Positions 57,303 through 64,000 of a DNA stretch of 64,000 nucleotides are shown one piece after another. The stretch is from Eledone cirrhosa (Eukaryota). Numbering within the stretch: the stretch's first letter is position 1; the number at the start of each line of letters is the position of its first letter. The position numbers and the translations under genes are program-made. The stretch spans positions 429,536,001 to 429,600,000 of the forward strand of contig OZ024740.1 of the NCBI GenBank assembly GCA_964016885.1, written 5' to 3'. The notes beneath the pieces were generated by a model. It was not told the origin of the DNA and made no database searches. It saw nothing but the letters and a program-made list of their open reading frames with translations.

Positions 57303-60300
57303 CTATAGGCGCATGGTCAGAGTAGGCCCATTCACACGAGCCATTCTCGCCACATTCACCCACCTTTTAGCCAATGTACTGGGGTGCAGCACTTCTCTCT
57401 CCACCCTCACCTTCCTTTCCAGGTGAAATTTAAAGAAGTTGATGAGGGATTGGCCGAAGAGAAAAGTGTCTGTCTTTAGTCCTTTCAACCTGGTCCACCA
57501 TATAATCTCTTTCGCAACTGCCACCAGACAGGAAAATTTCCTGCTCTTCCTGACCTAAGGAAGGCGGTGGATCGATCTTCACTATGGACTCGGCCGATAG
57601 CCGGATCCGTTCCACACGCGACAACAGCTGTTCGATATAACTCCACAAGTCAGTAATGCACGGACATTGGACAAGTGCGTGCAGAACGGTTTCGTCGTTC
57701 TGTGCGCATCTTGGGCAGGTCCGTCTGACAGCACTTCCGTGCCTGTAGAGTTTATCCCGAACCGGCAGTGCCCCCCCCCCCCCGGTAGCACTGCCAAGCG
57801 AGGGATTTCTGGAAATTGTCCATCGTCCCCGGCTCAAAAGTCCTCCGGTACAGACTGGTCAGTTCGACTTCGTCGAGGCCCAAAGCTTCTCCGAGTGCGT
57901 CATCGCACTTGCCCACCACTAATCCTCTATAGAACTCGAGAGTGGAAGTTCCACTGATCGCATTGCCCGCTTGGTAGAGGACAGTGAGTGCCTGGCAACA
58001 TTCCAGGTGCCAGTCACCCAGTCTCGGTCTCTTCTTGACCCAGGACTGCAGCTCAGTCAAAGAAATGAGCTGCGGAAAGGCCCGTCTGATAAACGGCGAC
58101 CACACCTGTTCACCGTTGAGGCAGAATATCTGGAGATATCGCAGCCTCAACGCATGTCTGCGCATCATTAGCCACGGCATGCCCAGCCCTCCGCGTAGAG
58201 GGTGCTGGCAGCAGATGGACCGCCTCACCAACGGAACTTGTCCCCTCCACAAGAATTTGAAGAGGAGCCGTTCCAGCTTGACGAGGCGCGGACGGGGGCA
58301 AGGCACGACGGTCAGGCGGTAGTAGATGACGGACGCGATGTACGCATTCGCCACCTCCGCGCGACCTTTCAGTGATAGCTTCCTCCCAGCCCATTTTTGG
58401 GTGAGACTGGCTACTCTGCTCGTTACCTCGTCCCAATTCTTTTCCACCTGGAGGTCTGGTCCGAACCAAAGCCCGAGCAACTTTACCGGTCCGTCCGTCC
58501 AGCGCCCCACGACGCTGTTGGACGGCATGGGCTTGCCTCTCCAGGTTCCCAGCTGCAATCCCACCGACTTTTCCGGGTTAAGTTTGGCTCCTGTCAACCT
58601 TTCATATTCCTTCAATAAGGTGCCGACCACTTCGATCTCTGAGGTGTTCGACATCATCACGGTTATGTCGTCCACATAAGCCGACACCGCCTTTCCACGT
58701 CCCGGTTCGAGCGGGATGCCCTGCAACAGCTCCAGCTTCCGCAGTAAAGGCTCGAGAGTCAATACGTACAGAATGGAAGAGAGAGGGCACCCTTGACGGA
58801 CCGATCGGGAGAGCCGAAATGGTTCCGAGAGGTGGTTATTAACCTTGACCACCGAGCATGTGTCGCTGTACATTGCAACGATCCAGCTTCTAAAGACAGG
58901 GCCGAAGCCAGCTGCTTTGAGGACAAACTCCAGATACCGATGGTCGACCCTATCGAATGCTTTCAATTGATCTAAATTGATCAGTGCCCCACCGATGCCA
59001 GGTTTACACCCTACCCTCTCTATGATGTATCGCATGAGGTGGAGATTGTCGTGTATGGACCTGGCTGGGATTGCGCAAGTTTGCGCCTCCCCAACCAAAT
59101 CCTCGACGACAAGCGCCAATCTCTTTGCTAACACCTTGGCCAAAATCTTAAACTCTGTGTTGAGCAGAGTTATGGGCCTGAAGTTGTCTAATGTATCCCT
59201 CTTGTTCTCGTCTTTCCTTATCAGCGTCACCACTCCTCTGCTCACAGAACTGGGAATACTCCCATTCTGCTGCCAATTGCAGTAGAGTGCTTCGAGGAGT
59301 TCGGAGAACAAGTCTGGCATAGTTACGTAAAGCTCGTAGGGCAGGCCATCCAAACCGGGTGACTTGCGCCTCATGCAGCCGACAAGGGCGTCCTGAATTT
59401 CGGCTGAAATAATCGGCCTTTCGCAGCGCTCTGCGTCGACCGTCGAGATGCGCGGCAAGCCGTCAAGGTACGGACTGAAATCCGCTACTCTCTCTGACTC
59501 GCCACTCTCTCTGAACAACCGAGCAAAGTGCTGGCGAAAGGCCTCACACATCCGCTTGGAATCGCTTATCTCGTGTCCGTCTCGGTCCGCCAAAGACCGA
59601 ATTGTGGTTTTATTACCACGCTGCGCCTCCACCACGCGGGCCCATCGAACAGCTTTAGTTCCCTCGTTTCTCAGCGCACGCGCCTTAGCTCTGACAATGC
59701 AACCTTCGTGTTTGGTATTGAAGAAATGGTCTAATGCCATTCTCGCCGCTAGCACGTCAGTTGCGATGCCACTACAAATAGCCTCGTCTAACTTATCTAC
59801 CAGCTCCCCCTCCTTTCTATTTTTCTCTAACGCTAGTTCTTTGCTGAACTCTATCGAAGTTACTCTAATCTCTCTTTTGAGAGCCCCCCATCATCTGTTG
59901 TTGATGATCCCCCCTGTCAACTTTTGCTTAACTAAATTGTTGACTCGGTCCCTGTAAGCCTTACGTGCCGGACATGACATGTTCAGCTTCCAGTAACCCG
60001 GTCCTAACCTACGCGTTTTATTTAGGTCGACCGTACAGATCACAAATTTGTGATCTGAATAGGCGACCGTTTTAAAAAGTGGACAGCCCACACTATTTCT
60101 ATCTATTTTCCTAATGAAGATCCTGTCTATATACGATCTAGATGACCCCATTCGGTTGGTCCATGTCCATACTGGCACATTGGGGAAATCTAGTCGATAC
60201 CTGTCAGACAGTTGGAACTGGCTGAGTAGGTGCTTGAGGCTTTTGCACCCCCCGCTCCTATCGGCTACTCCCACACAATCCCAGCGTGCGTCTAAGATGC

Positions 60301-60730
60301 CATTCCAGTCCCCCGCTAACAGTAAAGGGCGAGACGTACCCAGAAAGGTCTCCAGGCGCCTAAAGAAGTCAGGTCGTCCGGCCCCTGTAGGGGCGTAGAC
60401 GGCCAGCAGTCTAAAGGCACCACCTTCGCTACTGCTCAGATCCAAGACCACCAACTTACCGTCCGGGTCCCGGAAGATCGACCTTACCTCGAGATCCAGT
60501 CCTTTCCTAAACAGCACTGCCACCCCAACCCCCATTCCCGGCCTGCTAACAGATGCGAAGATCTGTGAGTCGTCGAAAATGGGGGCTAGTGCGCGCGTGT
60601 CGGAAATTCTGGTCTCACTTACGGCAATCACATCCATTTCCAGCGACCGGAGGTCGTTGAGCAGGCGACCCTGCTTCCAGGGTGACCCCAGGCCGCGAAC
60701 ATTTAAACTTCCTACTCTTAATATGGCCAT
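57303..60730 (-). pseudogene. Tx1-like ORF2 (APE endonuclease, reverse transcriptase, C-terminal Zn motif)
   Basis: SLNVRGL, GDWN, SDH; KSPGLDG, FRPITLLN, KAFDRV, VRQGCPLS, YVDD; CPRC..ETVLH..C; TGA at 59891 and frameshift at C-run 57770-57783. Confidence 0.9.
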
Positions 60731-60739
60731 ATTGGTAAG

Positions 60740-62726
60740 CTAAGATAGAGAGGGGGAAGGTTTACTTACCTCCCGCGTCTTGTGAAGGTCGGGTGGTTCG
60801 ACCTCCATGGTTGGTGGGGTTTCTTTTGGGAACCCCTTTAAAAGTCTTGATGTGGGTTTCACATTCGGGGTTCCCACGTCTTGAGGAAAGCTCTCTCGAA
60901 TTTCTTTGAAGGAATTGAGTGACATTTGGACCAGAAGCAAATCTTCTGGCACGTAAAATGTGCTCATTTCAAAAATCTCCCTCTCTGTATGAATGTCCTC
61001 GCTTCGCGCTAAGAGGGCCATCAGTTTATCGTTGGCCCTTCTGACAAGCACGAAGTTTTTAACATTTTGTTGGTGTGGTTTTATTTGTTTTCTTTTTGGT
61101 GAAGGTGGTGGCGATGGTTTTGGTGGTGTTGTTTCGGGTATGTCTATGTTTGTTGTAGGTGTGGTGTCTGCAATTTCAGGTATTTGTGTGTTTATTTGTA
61201 TTTGTGTTTGTTTAGGTTGTTTGCGTTTCGGGGATTGTGGAGGTGGTGTCGATGTTGCTGTTGGTGATGATGTTATTGGGGAAGTGTTTGCGTTAGTGGT
61301 GTCTGTATTTTTTGTTGTGTGTGTTTTTGTGTTTTGTTGGGGCTTTTTTGTGAGTTTTCTCTGTTTTTTTGCACTTTTGGGTTTTCCTTCAACTTCGCTG
61401 CTGGATGACAAAGGGTCTGTGTCTGTGAGTGTCTCTGTGTCTGTGTGTGCGTTTATTGTTTTGTCTATGTGTATAATTGGGGGGGGGGGGGGAGGGGGGA
61501 GTGGGAGAGCTTTCCTCGTTTTCTCCTTGGATTGGTTTTGGTGTTGGTGGTGATCCGGCTGCTTTTGATGTTGGTGTCCGTGTTTTTGTTGATGTTGTTT
61601 TTGGTGGTGGTGGTGGTGGTGGTGCAGCTTTCCGTGCTGACACTGGCGTTGGCAACAAAGGAGGTTTGTGACCCCCTGCATGTTTGCGCTGAGGGCAGAA
61701 GGCTTGAAGATGCGTTGCTTCCCCGCAGACGAAGCAGCGTGGCCTTCTTCTGTCAATCATTAGTTGGATTGTTGTCCCGTCCTGCAGGCGGGCAAAATCC
61801 GGGATGCTATTCATATCCTCCGGTTTCATTTGGAGAAGAATCTCCAAATCCATTCCGGACCAGTCCTCTCTCTCTGTCCTTTTGATGTCCAGGGGGGTAG
61901 TGTCTGTCTCCTCCTCGATTACGCATCCCAGCAGCCACCATATGTTCATTCCTGGTGGGATGCTGGGAATGCGTACCTTCACTGCCCTTTTACCCATATA
62001 GGACGGATGCATGATAATGCGTTCCGTTCTGCAGGGGGTCACCGAGTGCTTAATAGCGAGGGCCTCGGTTTTGAACAGTACCGAGATGGTACCGAACTGT
62101 TTGCCTCTTGCTTTGTACTCTATGTTACTTCCGATGTACTCCAAAGCAGCCTCTACCTCTGCTTGGCTCGCAAGTTCCACTTTTCGTGTCTGCATCGAAA
62201 TACATCGAAAGAACACCGTCCTCCTTTGCATGGCCGCTATTGCCTCGTCCGGGATGGTGAGGTTTGCCCAGGACTTCTCCCGTTTAATTAGCCTCCACGC
62301 TTTGGCCAACTGTTCGTCTTTATCGCTAATATCAATATCAATATTCAATAAGCGCTTTGTTTTTGCTGCTGCTGCAGCAAATGTGGTGTTTCTGATGCTC
62401 TTATTGTTGTTGTTGTCATTCTTGCTGTTGTTATTGGTGTTGCCACCACCATCCTTGTTTACATTGAAGCTGTCGGTGTTATTGTCGTTATTGCTCTGAG
62501 TTGTTGTTGTGGTGGTGGTGGTGGCGGTGGCGGTGATGTCGTTTCCAGATGATACTGCTGCTATCACAGAAGGTTGTGACGGTAGCTTTTGAGTTTTGCC
62601 TTCACATTCAGTAGAGTGGATGACAGGCATGACTGTAGCCGTCGTAGTCGTGGGGAAATCTACAGTGGCTGCCTTTAAACTTCTGACCTGAACGTTGTTT
62701 ACCGTTTCAAGGTCGAAAATTTCCAT
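60740..62726 (-). pseudogene. Tx1-like ORF1 (gag-like CCHC knuckle), frameshift at G-run 61479-61500
   Basis: CFVCGEATHLQAFC; Pro/Thr-rich C-terminus continues in another frame to TAG at 60740. Confidence 0.8.
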
Positions 62727-62951
62727 AATTTTCTTTTGGTGGGGAAGTGATTTTTTTCGAAGTTTTTAAAAATAAATCTGAATATTCGGGCTTAAAGCCC
62801 GAATATTGAGAGGTATCCCTCTCTTTAAATCAAGATGTGTACCTTAAGTTTCGTTAACGACAAGAAAATACAAAAAATGACACTTTAAAACAGCTTAAAG
62901 TTACGAACCTTTTCCCCCGCAGATTTGTACTGTCTTCACACATGTGCGGTC

Positions 62952-62992
<41 letters not shown>

Positions 62993-62993
<1 letters not shown>

Positions 62994-63170
62994 GGGATGG
63001 TTAAAGAAAATCGGCCCCTTCACGCTTTTTGGAACGCTTCAAAAGGCATGCTTGCTTGAAACAGCAAGAACCCTCCGATACGTCCTGAATATCTGAGGCT
63101 GCAGGTAGTGGCTTGATATTCAATCCAACGGACTTTCCAGTTAACCAACATCAATGACTGAGATTCAAGG
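62993..63170 (+). mobile_element. Short 5'-truncated R4/Dong-like copy
   Basis: Near-identical to 63557-63740; bounded by (AAT)n. Confidence 0.8.
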
Positions 63171-63202
63171 AATAACAACAATAATAATAATAATAATAAT
63201 AA

Positions 63203-63745
63203 TTGATCCACTGGCACCTATGCAAAGTAAACAATTTACCACATTCTGAGAAGTGGTATGAGCATAAGCCAGAGTCGGTGATAGAAAACGATCAGGTGAA
63301 GGTGCTGTGGGATTTTAGGATACAGACGGACAAGAAACTGGAATACAATAGACCTGACCTGGTGGTTTTGGACAAGGAAAAAAGATCGTGCCTGATTGTG
63401 GATGTGGCCTGCCCATTCGACACGAGTGTGTAAGAGAAGGAGAGGGAGAAAATTAACCGATACCAGGACTTAAAGTGGGAGGTAAAAAGGATTTGGAACT
63501 GCCATGAAGTCAAAGTGATTGTCATAGGCGCACTAGGTACTATCTCAAAAAGTTTCCAGGGATGGTTAAAGAAAATTGGCCCCTTCACGCTTTTTGGAAC
63601 GCATCAAAAGGCATGCTTGCTGGGAACAGCAAGAACTCTCCGATACATCCTGAATATCTGAGGTGAGGTTGCAGGTAGTGGCTTGATATTCATTTCAACA
63701 AACTTTCCAGTTAAATAACATCAATGACTGAGACTCAAAGAACAA
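63203..63745 (+). mobile_element. 5'-truncated R4/Dong-like RLE retrotransposon
   Basis: IHWHLC...WYEHKP...LWDFRIQTD...NRPDLVV..IVDVACP..EK..YQDL..IGALG..QKACLLGTAR; starts in (AAT)n. Confidence 0.85.
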
Positions 63746-64000
63746 TAATACACTATTAATAATTATTAATGCACTCGTGCAATGCCTGTGCGTGACCAAT
63801 ATTTTTAAAGTGAGGAAAGACTGTGCACTGAGCCAATCCCACTCTTTGAGCGACAGTAGCTATAACCCGAAAAGAAGAAAAGATAAACATCATCCGTAAC
63901 TACTGCCCGCAGGTTTTATGTCGGAGTTAACCCAGTTTCCTGAGATGCCTTCTCCTAGAAGAATGCCCTGACAAGGGCTAGGGGTTCTTCACTCCCAGTG

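Larger units (their letters stand above)
57023..62952 (-). mobile_element. Near full-length L1/Tx1-clade LINE (~5.9 kb)
   Basis: ORF1 + APE-RT ORF2, AATAAA at the 3' end, (ATT)n on both flanks. Confidence 0.93.

Overview
Repeat-rich, AT-rich animal genomic DNA, most likely an octopod cephalopod (inferred from the SINE families, the C2H2-ZNF gene and the microsatellite load); it is not prokaryotic and contains no CRISPR array. Host genes: a C2H2 zinc-finger coding exon (+, 10135-10662) and two spliced exons of a LIM-domain protein (-, 32768-32889 and 28191-28287) that the ORF track misses. The rest is mostly mobile DNA: a near-complete L1/Tx1-clade LINE, R4/Dong-, HERO-, CRE- and RTE-like LINE remnants, Helitrons, piggyBac/hAT/Tc1-mariner remnants, two SINE families, many TE-derived minisatellites and an ~11.5 kb (TA)n-derived array containing a 200-N gap. 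The most striking signal is a set of about ten short Penelope-like (PLE) pseudo-LTR units sitting in (TA)n tracts. Most are fold-back palindromes with 35-260 bp arms, and several contain a readable type I hammerhead ribozyme, including a U3-A8 compensatory core variant. Coordinates of degenerate repeats are approximate.
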